From an uncultured cyanobacterium (GTDB lineage: Bacteria > Cyanobacteriota > Cyanobacteriia > Cyanobacteriales > Nostocaceae), in assembly GCA_963706595.1 (NCBI GenBank), contig OY970166.1, positions 1,120,001 through 1,184,000 of the forward strand: a DNA stretch of 64,000 bases, in the 5' to 3' direction. The position numbers were made by a program, and so were the translations under genes. The notes under the pieces were generated by a model that was given only the letters and a program-made list of their open reading frames with translations, was not told the DNA's origin and made no database searches. Shown piece by piece: positions 29,897 to 40,469 of this stretch (positions are counted from its first letter, which is position 1; every line of letters begins with the position of its first letter).

Positions 29897-31450
29897 TTAT
29901 TTCTGTATTTCTTGGTCTAGGTGGGGGTTGGCTGCTGGTAGTAAATGCGACTGGCGGCGGTGTGTCCAGATGGCTCCTGTGATGAAGGCTAAACAGGCGA
30001 TCGCACTTCCTCCAATTCCTATCAGCCACAGTGGTAAACTTGATGTTGTGATCACAGGTGTGTGTTCATGTTCTGCGGTTGTGGTTGGACTTCCACCCCG
30101 CAAGGTTTGAGCATACAGTTGGGGCGCACGTTGAGTAACTATTAAGTCTCCTTCAAATAAGCCTGTTTTGATTTCTACCATGTCGCCGGAGGTTTGACCC
30201 AAGGTGACTTCTACTGGTTGATAGGCGTTACCATTTTGTATATATACTTGTTTGATATTATTGGCTTCTACTACAGCTGAACTGGGTATGACTAAGATGG
30301 GTGCAGATGTTTGGTCTGTGAGAACTTCTAATTCTGCAAACATCCCTGGTTTCAGGATTCCCCCTGGGTTACTAATTTCAGCTTTCACAGGGATAACTCG
30401 CGTTTCACCTTTGACTACAAAATCAATCACGGTAATGCGTCCAGTAAATGTCCGGTCAGGTAAAGATGCAATTCTGACTAATATCTGTTGTCCGTTTCTG
30501 ACTCGCTCTAAATCTTTTTCATATATATTCGCTGTGGCAAATACCCGACTGTCGTTGACAATGGTCATGAGTGTGTCCCCTGCATCTTGGAATGATTGAC
30601 CAAGGGTAACTTCTCGGTTTGCCACTGTACCAGAAATTGGGGCTGTAATTGTGACTAATCCTTTAGCATTACCACGAATACCTAATTGTTGCAGCCGAGT
30701 TTCATAGATATTATTACTGAGACTCACTCGTGATTTAGCTACTTCCACAGCAGCTTGGGCGCGTTGGACTTGATTTTGAGCCGCAATTACATCACGACTG
30801 CTGTTAGCTGTAGCTAGTTGTGATTTAGCTTGAGCGAGTTGAGTTTGGGACTCTAAAGCATTACGCTGTGGTAAAGCCCCCGCATCAGCTAATTCTTGGT
30901 CTTTGCTGTACTTTTCTTGAGCAAAGGCGATTTGAGTTTGGGCTTCGGCGATTTCGGCGGCGGAAATTTCTTGCAAGCGAATATAATTTTGTTGAGCCAA
31001 TTTTAAATCAGCTTGGGCTTGTTGTAACTCCGCCCGACCTTGTGCCAACTTTTCCTCAGACTCCACCCGCAGCGATACCAACTCAGGACTAGACACCACA
31101 GCCACCGGTTGACCACGTTTAACCACAGTCCCAGGTTCAACCAATAACTCTACCACTTTCGCCCCAGCAATAGGAGTCGTCACTTGAGCTTCTTGACTAG
31201 GTAAAGTTTCTATCTGTCCAGTGGATTTCATACTCACAGCTAATGGCTGGCGTTTCACTGGTTCAACTTTAATACCTAGCCGTTGAGAAGTTTGAGCATC
31301 AACTTGAATTGGAGTCACAGAAGGAGTAGCATCACCTCCACTATGAAACTCATCACCATGTCCAGGATGAGCCACAACTACTACAGGATTAGCCAATAAC
31401 AACAAACTCAGCACCGCTAAAAATGCTGGGGAACGCAGAGAATTAGGCAT
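29897..31450 (-). CDS. RND efflux periplasmic adaptor (MFP), CopB-like
   Basis: Signal peptide then AHPGHGDEF, coiled coil, ITAPISGTV, LKPGMFAELEV, and a C-terminal TM helix. Confidence 0.9.
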   Translation of the reverse strand: MPNSLRSPAFLAVLSLLLLANPVVVVAHPGHGDEFHSGGDATPSVTPIQVDAQTSQRLGIKVEPVKRQPLAVSMKSTGQIETLPSQEAQVTTPIAGAKVVELLVEPGTVVKRGQPVAVVSSPELVSLRVESEEKLAQGRAELQQAQADLKLAQQNYIRLQEISAAEIAEAQTQIAFAQEKYSKDQELADAGALPQRNALESQTQLAQAKSQLATANSSRDVIAAQNQVQRAQAAVEVAKSRVSLSNNIYETRLQQLGIRGNAKGLVTITAPISGTVANREVTLGQSFQDAGDTLMTIVNDSRVFATANIYEKDLERVRNGQQILVRIASLPDRTFTGRITVIDFVVKGETRVIPVKAEISNPGGILKPGMFAELEVLTDQTSAPILVIPSSAVVEANNIKQVYIQNGNAYQPVEVTLGQTSGDMVEIKTGLFEGDLIVTQRAPQLYAQTLRGGSPTTTAEHEHTPVITTSSLPLWLIGIGGSAIACLAFITGAIWTHRRQSHLLPAANPHLDQEIQK

Positions 31451-31586
31451 CGCAATCAAAAATCCTTACACCACGTCTTACTTACTTCTTCCTTCCTCAC
31501 TTGGCGCTCTTGGCGGCTTGGCGGTATGCGCTTCGCGCACGCTACGCGAACGATAATAAAATCCAAAACTTCATACACAACAGGTA

Positions 31587-32282
31587 TTACTGGTTATACC
31601 AAGCTTGTCGCCACTGCTTCATTTGGTTAATTTCCGTTTCTTGCGCCTTGATAATTTCTTGAGCCAATTTCTTCATTTCCGGGCGCTGAGACTTCTCCAA
31701 AGCATCTTGAGCCATAACTAAAGCCCCTTCATGGTGAGGAATCATCCCATTAATAAAGCGCAAATCAAACTCAGCATCAGCCGCACCCAAATCCATGCTC
31801 ATCATCATGGCTTGCTTTTGCTCAGGAGTCATCTCCATCGCATGACCCATTTCGGCATGATAAGCCATTGCTTTATCCCCAGCATTAGGATACCAAGCTG
31901 AACGCCACTGCTGCATCTGAGCAATTTCCTGATTTTGGGCTTTAATGATTTCGTCTGCTAGCTCCTTAATTTCAGGACGTTGTGATTTTTCCTGTGCATC
32001 CTGAGCCATAACCACCGCCCCTTGATGGTGAACAATCATCCCATCAATGAACCGTAAATCATAGCTAGCATCGGCTGGCCCCAAATCCATTGCATGATCC
32101 ATACCACCGTGCTGCATTTGCTGCTGGGCGCTTGTTTCGGTTACAGTCGTATTGGGGTTGTTAGCATTTTCGGAACTCGTTGTGGAACAAGCCGTCAAAA
32201 CTCCGCCCGATAAAGATGTCAACACTACAAAGCTCAACGCCAGAAACTTATTTTTCCCAGATAAAATTTGCATAACTCTCAT
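31587..32282 (-). CDS. copM: DUF305 / CopM-like metal-binding lipoprotein
   Basis: Lipobox LTAC; two DLRFIxGMIxHHxGAxxMAQDA repeats; Met/His-rich. Confidence 0.85.
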   Translation of the reverse strand: MRVMQILSGKNKFLALSFVVLTSLSGGVLTACSTTSSENANNPNTTVTETSAQQQMQHGGMDHAMDLGPADASYDLRFIDGMIVHHQGAVVMAQDAQEKSQRPEIKELADEIIKAQNQEIAQMQQWRSAWYPNAGDKAMAYHAEMGHAMEMTPEQKQAMMMSMDLGAADAEFDLRFINGMIPHHEGALVMAQDALEKSQRPEMKKLAQEIIKAQETEINQMKQWRQAWYNQ

Positions 32283-32306
32283 CCATAAGACATAACTCCG
32301 ATTATA

Positions 32307-32338
32307 TGATCAACTCTCCAGTTAACTAGAGAGTCAAG
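32307..32338 (-). promoter_or_regulatory. MerR-type promoter/operator upstream of copM
   Basis: Minus strand reads TTGACT, a 20-nt spacer, then GATCAT. The dyad ACTCTCTAGTTAACTGGAGAGT lies across the spacer, the architecture of ZntR/CueR-type promoters. Confidence 0.65.
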
Positions 32339-32381
32339 CTGTGCAGGAATTTTTACCCCACTATTGAGCATGGCAGACAAA

Positions 32382-32399
32382 GATGAAACCAGGATGAAA
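32382..32399 (-). promoter_or_regulatory. CopR-box-like direct repeat TTTCAT-N5-TTTCAT
   Basis: Plus strand GATGAAA at 32382 and 32393 (11-bp period), between copM and htrA. Confidence 0.65.
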
Positions 32400-32484
32400 T
32401 GCTGCTATTCCCTGACTACAATAGAAAGTAAAGTATCCCCTCCAGGTGATTGGGCATTTATTCCCCAGTCCCAGAGCATGGCTT

Positions 32485-33609
32485 ATGAAACGATTTTTCC
32501 AGCAATCGGCTTTTTGCTTAGTTATACTTCTGAATGGATGTAGTATACCTACCAGAGATGTCAGAAATATTCAACAACCACTAGACATAAACCTGCTAGC
32601 GAAATCAACCGCCAATTCTGATATAAATTATATAACGCGTGTTGTTCAACAGGTCGGTCCCGCAGTGGTGCGAATTGACTCCACGCGCACTGTAGCAATA
32701 TCTCCTGACCCTGTACTAGAAAGATTTTTTCCGGGACAGTTGCCCACGAGAGAAGAAGAGCAACAAGGACTTGGCTCAGGGTTTATTACTACTGCTGATG
32801 GTTTAATTTTTACTAATGCTCATGTGGTGGCAGATGCAGATAAGGTAACAGTTCTATTGAAAGATGGTCGCAGTTTTCAAGGCGAAGTGGTGGGTGCTGA
32901 CTCTGTTACCGATGTTGCTGTTGTCAAAATTGCAGCTACGGAATTACCAATAGTAACGTTGGGTAACTCAGATAAATTAATGCCGGGAGAACCTGCGATC
33001 GCGATCGGTAATCCTTTAGGATTAGATAATACCGTCACCCAAGGAATTATCAGCGCCACACAGCGTTCTGTAGCGGCGTTGGGTGTACCAACCGAGCGAG
33101 TAGACTTTATCCAAACCGATGCAGCCATTAACCCTGGTAACTCTGGCGGTCCTTTACTCAATGCTCAAGGAGAGGTAATTGGGATGAACACCGCCATCAT
33201 CCAGGGAGCGCAAGGATTAGGTTTTGCCATTCCCATCAATACTGCTCAACGAATTGCAGCACAATTAATCGAAAAAGGACGAGTAGACCACCCCTACATC
33301 GGTATCCAAATGGCTCAGTTAAGTCCTGAATTGCGTCAGAAAATTAATCAAAGTGATGTTGGGATTACCATTACTCAGGATAGAGGTATCATTATTCTAG
33401 GAGTCGCCCGCAACTCACCTGCTTTCCGGGCTGGAATCCGTCCCGGTGATATTATTGAAACTATTAATAATGTAGCCATTCAAGATGTCAAGCAAGTGCA
33501 GCAACAAGTAGAAGCCACCAATATTGGTGAACCGATGCAAATTACTATCAATCGTGATGGTAGCAGACAACAAATCACAGTGCAACCAGAAGCTTTACCC
33601 ACAAAATAG
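32485..33609 (+). CDS. HtrA/HhoA/HhoB-family serine protease with PDZ domain
   Basis: GLGSGFI, TNAHVV, TDVAVVKI, IQTDAAINPGNSGGPLLN, C-terminal PDZ; possible lipobox LNGC. Confidence 0.93.
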   Translation: MKRFFQQSAFCLVILLNGCSIPTRDVRNIQQPLDINLLAKSTANSDINYITRVVQQVGPAVVRIDSTRTVAISPDPVLERFFPGQLPTREEEQQGLGSGFITTADGLIFTNAHVVADADKVTVLLKDGRSFQGEVVGADSVTDVAVVKIAATELPIVTLGNSDKLMPGEPAIAIGNPLGLDNTVTQGIISATQRSVAALGVPTERVDFIQTDAAINPGNSGGPLLNAQGEVIGMNTAIIQGAQGLGFAIPINTAQRIAAQLIEKGRVDHPYIGIQMAQLSPELRQKINQSDVGITITQDRGIIILGVARNSPAFRAGIRPGDIIETINNVAIQDVKQVQQQVEATNIGEPMQITINRDGSRQQITVQPEALPTK

Positions 33610-33702
33610 CAAGAATCAAAAGATATATTCACTCTCTCTATCCTTTGCTAGAGGCAGAAGAAACTACTTTTTATTACACTGCTAATGACATTTATCAACC
33701 AA

Positions 33703-33819
33703 TACAGTTCAGTTAAACTTAGATGAGGTAAAAACAAACCAAACAAAATAATTAAACAGCTTGATTTATCGGCGTTTATCGGCGTTTATCGGCGTTCAAG
33801 TAATCTTATCTGAACTATA
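33703..33819. repeat. MITE-like element with a (TTTATCGGCG)x3 core
   Basis: TACAGTTCAGTTAA...TTATCTGAACTATA imperfect inverted ends. Confidence 0.55.
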
Positions 33820-33883
33820 TGGATTTATCACTCATTATACCATTTCTTGATGAAGAAGCGAGCTAAGAAGATAAATTCGTACC

Positions 33884-34273
33884 TTATTTAAAGAGGCTAT
33901 TTGGAGAAAACTTTCCATTTTTAGGTGAATATTCGGGGCAATCCTGCGCTTCTTCGGTGAGAACAATAGAAGGTTGTACTGCACATTTGAGATAATGATT
34001 ATTTGCATAAAAGCGACAATTTTTACACGGAACTTTATGTAAACCTTTGACAGGAAAAACCATCTTATTGTCTAAAAAAGTCCGAATTTTTTGCAATATC
34101 AGGAAAAAAAGTACCCAACTGAATAGCAAGGCTATGGGAGATAAAGTTAAAGCTATCTCAGGGATATCTAAGCCATCTGCTTGCATTTGCTCTTGTTTAA
34201 CTTCACTACGAGTAACCTGAGAAAAATTTTTAGTTTCAGCTATTGTTTTTAACAGAATTGGCTCAACAGACAT
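33884..34273 (-). CDS. Hypothetical single-TM protein with a C-terminal 4-Cys motif
   Basis: TM segment LSPIALLFSWVLFFLIL followed by CKNCRFY..HYLKCAVQP..DCPEY. Confidence 0.7.
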   Translation of the reverse strand: MSVEPILLKTIAETKNFSQVTRSEVKQEQMQADGLDIPEIALTLSPIALLFSWVLFFLILQKIRTFLDNKMVFPVKGLHKVPCKNCRFYANNHYLKCAVQPSIVLTEEAQDCPEYSPKNGKFSPNSLFK

Positions 34274-34869
34274 CTTCTTTAACCTCAACTATATACAATA
34301 CGTTGATTTTTGATCCCCAGTTAATTGGTGCTTTGAGAATAGCCATAAAATTTCATCGGCTTTGGTCGGCGGTTAATTATTGATTTATGGGAATTTGCCC
34401 AGATTTTAATTAGCAACCGCCAAAGAGGTTAAGACATAAACGGATAATCAAACTTAGACACCAAAAGGGTTTTAACCCACTCCCCACTCCCCAGCTAGAA
34501 TTAGCAAATAAGGATAAACTTTAAGAATGATCACTTTCCCAATTAAACCCAAGTTTTGGCAGGCTGAACAGTTAGTATTGTTTCTTTCCTTGATTAACTA
34601 AATTTTAGATATCGGTGATGTTTTAATTATATATTTAGCAAAATAAAATTTATCCTATATCTGTCGATAGTTTTGTTGATAAAAGTTGATAGTATACCTA
34701 AAGAAATATCTTAATAAATTGTCTTAAAAGCCGACCATTTTATGTTAAAATCGAGCAGAATAAAAGCTTTATTTCGCTGAGATAGCCAATTCAAATTATT
34801 ATCTATGTATTTTATCCAGACAAAAGGAGAATATATTTTTTATAAATTCAGTATACTGAGGAATCATTA

Positions 34870-35220
34870 ATGTTGAACCTTCTTCTGACTTGGTTAGTTA
34901 CCACAATCAGTTTTTTAATTATTTCTAGAATACCTATAGGTATTGAAATTGATAGTTTTGGCAAAGCAGCGATTTCGGCGGCTGTTTTCGGAGTATTAAA
35001 TGCAATTTTGCTACCAATTCTGAGTTTAGTGACATTACCGGCGATTATTCTGAGCTTTGGATTATTTTTCTTTGTGTTGAATGCGATAATTTTTGCGTTG
35101 GCGGCTGCTTTAGTTCCGGGTTTTACTCTCAGATGGGGCTTTTGGAGTGCATTTATTGGCTCGATTACTTTAGCAGTTGTTAATTCTATTCTTTTGGCTA
35201 TTGTCAGAACATGGGTTTAA
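34870..35220 (+). CDS. 4-TMS phage-holin-like (YvlD-type) membrane protein
   Basis: GIEIDSFGKAAISAAVFGVLNAILLPILSLVTLP...GFWSAFIGSI; GAGG RBS. Confidence 0.85.
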   Translation: MLNLLLTWLVTTISFLIISRIPIGIEIDSFGKAAISAAVFGVLNAILLPILSLVTLPAIILSFGLFFFVLNAIIFALAAALVPGFTLRWGFWSAFIGSITLAVVNSILLAIVRTWV

Positions 35221-35289
35221 AATAATGGTTAAATCACAGTAAAAGTTAACTTTTTAGTCGTCCAAATATTCATCGTGGTGTGAAGAGTT

Positions 35290-36084
35290 ATGTCCAAATT
35301 TATCAAAGAAAAAATTGCATTTGTACTCACATTAGGACTGGTGGCTATTATCCTAATTTCTTGTCAAGCAGTACCCCTGGCTGAATCACAATCTCCTCCA
35401 GCAACTCCCACTACTGTAACTTTTCCCCCTGTAGCTTCTCCTGATGGAGAACTGAGTGCTAGTCCAGCAAAATTACCACTATTACCCTATGATTATTCGG
35501 CATTAGGAAAAGCTATTGATGCAGAAACTATGAAACTACATCATGATGGACACCATGCTAGTTATGTGAATAATCTTAATGATGCTCTCAAACAAGAGCC
35601 AGATTTGCAAAAAAGCAGTGTGGAAGATTTGCTGCGAGACTTAAATAAGGTTCCGGAAAATATTCGGACAAAAGTCCGCAATAACGGTGGTGGACATCTT
35701 AACCACACGATTTTTTGGCAAATTATGAGTCCTGAAGGTGGTGGGGAACCAACAGACGAAATTGCTGCGGAAATTAACCAAACTTTTGGCAGTTTTGATG
35801 AGTTTAAAAAACAGTTTAACGCAGCTGGAGGCGATCGCTTCGGTAGTGGTTGGGTTTGGCTAGTGCGTAACCCCGCCGGAGAACTGCAAATCCTGACTAC
35901 AGCTAATCAAGATAACCCGATTATGGATGGTGCATATCCAATTATGGGTAACGATGTCTGGGAACACGCATATTACTTGAGATATCGCAACCGTCGGGCG
36001 GAGTATTTAACTAATTGGTGGAATGTGGTGAATTGGCCGGAAATTAACAAGCGATCGCTTGTTTCATTGCAGTCAGGTAGATAA
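35290..36084 (+). CDS. sodA: Mn-type superoxide dismutase with N-terminal signal/anchor
   Basis: [44 protein letters not shown]. Confidence 0.9.
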   Translation: MSKFIKEKIAFVLTLGLVAIILISCQAVPLAESQSPPATPTTVTFPPVASPDGELSASPAKLPLLPYDYSALGKAIDAETMKLHHDGHHASYVNNLNDALKQEPDLQKSSVEDLLRDLNKVPENIRTKVRNNGGGHLNHTIFWQIMSPEGGGEPTDEIAAEINQTFGSFDEFKKQFNAAGGDRFGSGWVWLVRNPAGELQILTTANQDNPIMDGAYPIMGNDVWEHAYYLRYRNRRAEYLTNWWNVVNWPEINKRSLVSLQSGR

Positions 36085-36189
36085 AATTGGTGAGGCAACA
36101 TTTTGATTTTGTTTAAACGCAGAGGGGCGCGGAGGTAGCGCAGAGGTACGCGGAGTTTTTGCGGAGGTTTTTAAGCAAGGTTCGTAGTA

Positions 36190-36780
36190 GTGAGTATTTT
36201 ACAACGGATATCTATATTTGTTCTGGCAATACTGGCTTTAATTTCACTGGTTTTGATTGCCTCTCCCGCAGTTATTATACCTCCAGTTAACCCAGTGGAG
36301 CCAGTGACTATTTATGTGGTTGATTTAGGTTTACATTCGCGGTTGGTTTTGCCTGATGGTGATGATGGTTTCATTCAGTATGCTTATGGTGATTGGCGTT
36401 ATTTTGCGTTAAATCATGACGATTTGGGTAGTGGCTTTGCAGCGTTGCTGTTTCCGACTCAGGGAACTTTGGGTAGACGAAAATATGAGAATATTGCCCA
36501 GTTGCAGCAGGCTATAGATGGTAATATTAATATCCTGAATTTTGCGGTAGCAAGGGCTAAGGCTATAGGACTACGAAATTTGTTGGATAAACGCTTTAAT
36601 CGAAATATTGCAACGCAGATTTTTAATCCAGTGAATCAAATGAATTTTGTTCAAGATGATTTGGATTATACTTTGTATCACAATAGTAATCATGAGTTGG
36701 TTCTGTGGTTACAAAGTTTAGATTGTCGGGTTGAGGGTTTTGTGTTGTTGGCTGATTTTCAAGTGCAATATTGGCGTTAA
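36190..36780 (+). CDS. Hypothetical protein (DUF2459-like)
   Basis: N-terminal TM segment, GLHSRLVLP, YAYGDWRYFA, YTLYHNSNH. Confidence 0.65.
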   Translation: MSILQRISIFVLAILALISLVLIASPAVIIPPVNPVEPVTIYVVDLGLHSRLVLPDGDDGFIQYAYGDWRYFALNHDDLGSGFAALLFPTQGTLGRRKYENIAQLQQAIDGNINILNFAVARAKAIGLRNLLDKRFNRNIATQIFNPVNQMNFVQDDLDYTLYHNSNHELVLWLQSLDCRVEGFVLLADFQVQYWR

Positions 36781-36954
36781 TTAGACTATGTTGGGTGGTT
36801 AGTGGTTAGTGTAATTTGGCTATATTTATAGCGGTTATCAGTTAAGTGAGATACAAGAACCCCACCCCCAACCCCCTCCCCCGAAGTTCACCCGGAGGGA
36901 AACCCTCCTTGTGACTTCTCTCCGCCGCGAGGAGGGGGCTATGATGTACTTCAT

Positions 36955-38013
36955 TCAAATGTAAGTATTAAGCGATCGCGCAGTTTGCACTAAGAAGTTA
37001 TCCGGATCTACAAGACATGGACTGGAAGCTAAAACTGCTGCTAAAGGAACTGCAACAACTTGTCCATTTTGCCAAGCTACCATCTGTGCAGATTGACCAT
37101 CTGCTAACAAATCTACCGCAGCTTTACCAAAGGCTGTGGCGATTAAACGGTCTAAAGCTGAGGGTATACCACCGCGTTGAATGTGTCCTAAAACGGAAAC
37201 CCGAATGTCAATTTGATGTTGAGTGCAATAACGAATCTCATCGGCGATATATTGACCCATACCACAGGATGGCCGTTCACAGGATGAATAGGTGGATGAA
37301 TCTACGGCGATTTGAGCGCCTTCTGCGACAACGACAATTGCAAATCTGCGTCCCCAGCGATCGCGCAATTCTGCCAAATGCTCACACACACCTCTAATTG
37401 AATAGGGAATTTCGGGAATTAAAATCACATCTGCACCCCCAGCTATACCGGATTGTAGTGCTAAATGACCGGCTTTGCGTCCCATGACTTCCACAATCAT
37501 TACCCGGTCATGACTAGCAGCTGTAAATGTCAAACGATTCAGCGCATCAACAATGGTATTTACAGCAGTATCAAACCCCACAACTCTTTCTGTCTGACCG
37601 ACATCATTATCAATCGTTTTGGGAATCGCCACAAACTGCCAATTTCCTAAACTTTGCAGTTGGGTAAGAATTGCTAAACTCCCATCGCCACCAATCCCAA
37701 TCAAAGCATCTAATTCTAAAGCATGATAACCTGCAATAATTTCCTCCGCATGAGCCAGAGTATCCCCTTTATTAATACTACCAAGAATCGTGCCTCCCAT
37801 ATTCAGTAAAGGGTCAATACCACGTAAATCTAGACCATGTATGTTTAGAGGAGTTGCCTTTCTTTCTAAAAGTCCTCTCGTCGCATAGGGAATACCCAAT
37901 ACCTGCCAGTTATAGGTGAGAGTAGCATGACTCACAACTGCCCGAATTACAGCATTAAGTCCTGGACAATCGCCACCACTGGTAAGAATACCCAGTCGTT
38001 TTTGCATAGTCAT
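36955..38013 (-). CDS. pfkA: ATP-dependent 6-phosphofructokinase
   Basis: TSGGDCPGLNAVIR, GGTILGS, GGDGS, PKTIDND, EVMGR, LGHIQRGG. Confidence 0.95.
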   Translation of the reverse strand: MTMQKRLGILTSGGDCPGLNAVIRAVVSHATLTYNWQVLGIPYATRGLLERKATPLNIHGLDLRGIDPLLNMGGTILGSINKGDTLAHAEEIIAGYHALELDALIGIGGDGSLAILTQLQSLGNWQFVAIPKTIDNDVGQTERVVGFDTAVNTIVDALNRLTFTAASHDRVMIVEVMGRKAGHLALQSGIAGGADVILIPEIPYSIRGVCEHLAELRDRWGRRFAIVVVAEGAQIAVDSSTYSSCERPSCGMGQYIADEIRYCTQHQIDIRVSVLGHIQRGGIPSALDRLIATAFGKAAVDLLADGQSAQMVAWQNGQVVAVPLAAVLASSPCLVDPDNFLVQTARSLNTYI

Positions 38014-38359
38014 GACACCTCAATCTAAAACTTTGTTCTGTCAATTGCAAACGAAAAAATCTACCTAAATGGTGAAGACAACTAAAATATAACAAGACTT
38101 ACGCAAAATTATGAAAAAACGAACCGCCAAGACGCAAAGAACGCCAAGGTAAGAGGGTTTAATAGGTTTTTTGCATCAATTTTCTATGTTTTGACTAAAT
38201 TGGGATGTTCCCGTATCTATGGCTGTTTTTTCTTGATATTAGTTAACTAAAACCCATGAAGAAATTAAGTTTAACTTTCGTCACAAGTTTCTCAAATTGT
38301 TCTTCTATCATCTTAATGGATTGTTAGACTTGGAGCATCGCAACTAAGAGGCGAGAGCG

Positions 38360-38899
38360 ATGGATTTAGCATCTGCTGTTAAAAATAACAACCTAGCAAA
38401 AGCTCCCTCAGCAACAGATACTCAAGGGGATAAGCGTTTAAAAATGCTGTCAGCAACTATCAAACGCTACCAGTATCAACAGGATGCACTGATTGAGATA
38501 TTGCATAAAGCGCAGGAACTTTTTGGCTATTTAGAAAAGGATATATTAGTTTATATCGCGCACCAATTAAAATTACCACCTAGTACAGTTTATGGCGTTG
38601 CGACGTTCTACCATTTTTTTTCACTTGCACCTATTGGTGTGCATAGTTGCATGGTGTGTACAGGTACAGCTTGTTATGTCAAAGGCTCTGAAGAAATCCT
38701 GAACAGTCTGGAAAAGTCTATACATATCCGCCCTGGTGAAACTTCAGCAGATGGTCAAATTTCACTGCTCACAGCCAGGTGTCTCGGTCCTTGTGGAATT
38801 GCGCCTGTTGTAGTATTTGATCATACCGTTTTAGGCGACCAAACTCCGGAATCAGTTGGCGAGTGCATCAAAGGATGGCTGCAAAATGGATCTAGCTGA
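38360..38899 (+). CDS. hoxE: Bidirectional hydrogenase diaphorase subunit HoxE
   Basis: [35 protein letters not shown] (2Fe-2S). Confidence 0.95.
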   Translation: MDLASAVKNNNLAKAPSATDTQGDKRLKMLSATIKRYQYQQDALIEILHKAQELFGYLEKDILVYIAHQLKLPPSTVYGVATFYHFFSLAPIGVHSCMVCTGTACYVKGSEEILNSLEKSIHIRPGETSADGQISLLTARCLGPCGIAPVVVFDHTVLGDQTPESVGECIKGWLQNGSS

Positions 38900-40469
38900 A
38901 TTAAAGGAAATTGCCCGCAAAGAATCTGATTCACACAAACCTGTGCAAATTCGCTGTTGTATTGCAGCTGCTTGTCTAGCTACTAATTCACAAGCAGTTA
39001 AACAGCGTCTAGAAGAGGCTGTGACAGCAGAAAATTTGGCGGAAGAAGTGGAAGTTTATGGCGTTGGCTGTATGCGTTTGTGCTGTCAAGGACCATTAGT
39101 ACAAGTAGAAAAAAACACTGAACCAGAAAGTACAAGTACGCTCTACGAAAAAGTTACACCTGATGATGCACCTTCAATTATTACTGCTCTGAATGGGGGA
39201 GAAACAACAGTTTCACAGAGTGATTTAACTCATCCATTTTTTACTTCTCAGATGTCCATTGTGTTAGAAAACAGTGGCAAAGTTGAGCCAGAACGCATTC
39301 AATCTTATATTGCGGCTCAAGGTTATCAAGTGCTTTACCATGTCTTGCGAGAAATGACTCCTACCGAGGTGGTAGATACGATTACCAGCAGTGGTTTACG
39401 AGGACGTGGTGGTGCTGGTTATCCGACAGGTTTGAAATGGGCGACTGTGGCGAAAGCTGAGGGAGAACGGAAGTTTGTGATTTGTAACGCCGATGAAGGA
39501 GATCCGGGGGCGTTTATGGATCGTAGTGTTCTCGAAAGTGACCCGCATCGGGTTTTAGAAGGAATGGCGATCGCAGCTTATGCTGTAGGTGCAAATCACG
39601 GCTACATCTACATTAGAGCCGAATATCCCATAGCGATCCATCGTCTGCAAACTGCAATTAGTCAAGCCCAAAGCTTTGGTATTTTAGGAAGTCAAATTTT
39701 TGACTCTCGCTTTGATTTTAAAATTGATATTCGCATCGGTGCGGGGGCTTATGTCTGTGGTGAAGAAACGGCTTTAATGGCTTCAATTGAGGGTAAACGC
39801 GGTACACCTCATCCCCGTCCGCCTTACCCGGCTGAGTCCGGTTTATGGGGCTATCCGACGTTAATTAATAATGTCGAAACCTACGCCAATGTTGCACCGA
39901 TTATTCGTAAAGGTGCGGAATGGTTCGCCAGTATTGGGACTGAAAAAAGCAAGGGTACAAAAGTTTTCGCTTTAGCAGGTAAAATCACTAACACTGGTTT
40001 GATTGAAGTGCCAATGGGAACTTCTTTACAGCAAATTGTGGAAGTCATGGGCGGTGGTGTACCTGAGAATGGTGTGGTGAAAGCTGTGCAAACTGGTGGA
40101 CCTTCTGGGGGATGTATTCCCGCATCGGCTTTTGATAGTCCGGTGGATTATGAATCTCTCACCCAACTTGGTTCGATTATGGGTTCGGGCGGGATGATTG
40201 TCATGGATGAGAGTACGAATATGGTGGATGTCGCCCGCTATTTTATGGAATTTTGCATGGATGAGTCTTGTGGTAAGTGTATTCCTTGTCGGGTGGGGAC
40301 GGTGCAGTTATATAACTTGTTGACGAGGATTAGTGAGGGTGAGGCTTGTCTTGCTGATTTGGAGTTGCTGGAGGAGTTATGCGACATGGTGAAGCATACG
40401 AGTTTGTGTGGTTTGGGTCAGTCTGCGCCTAATCCGGTTTTTAGGTACTTTGCGGTATTTTCGGGATGA
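38886..40469 (+). CDS. hoxF: Bidirectional hydrogenase diaphorase subunit HoxF (apparent +1 frameshift near the 3' end)
   Basis: [67 protein letters not shown] 38886 overlaps the end of hoxE. Confidence 0.95.
   Translation: MDLAELKEIARKESDSHKPVQIRCCIAAACLATNSQAVKQRLEEAVTAENLAEEVEVYGVGCMRLCCQGPLVQVEKNTEPESTSTLYEKVTPDDAPSIITALNGGETTVSQSDLTHPFFTSQMSIVLENSGKVEPERIQSYIAAQGYQVLYHVLREMTPTEVVDTITSSGLRGRGGAGYPTGLKWATVAKAEGERKFVICNADEGDPGAFMDRSVLESDPHRVLEGMAIAAYAVGANHGYIYIRAEYPIAIHRLQTAISQAQSFGILGSQIFDSRFDFKIDIRIGAGAYVCGEETALMASIEGKRGTPHPRPPYPAESGLWGYPTLINNVETYANVAPIIRKGAEWFASIGTEKSKGTKVFALAGKITNTGLIEVPMGTSLQQIVEVMGGGVPENGVVKAVQTGGPSGGCIPASAFDSPVDYESLTQLGSIMGSGGMIVMDESTNMVDVARYFMEFCMDESCGKCIPCRVGTVQLYNLLTRISEGEACLADLELLEELCDMVKHTSLCGLGQSAPNPVFRYFAVFSG

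Noticed and set aside
34870..35220. Holin-like gene as a prophage marker
   Set aside because: This 4-TMS family is common in chromosomes, and there are no phage structural, lysin or integrase genes nearby.
38239..38250. TTAGTTAACTAA palindrome in the pfkA-hoxE intergenic region as a regulator site
   Set aside because: Short AT-rich palindrome that I cannot match to a LexA or other known motif; may be chance.
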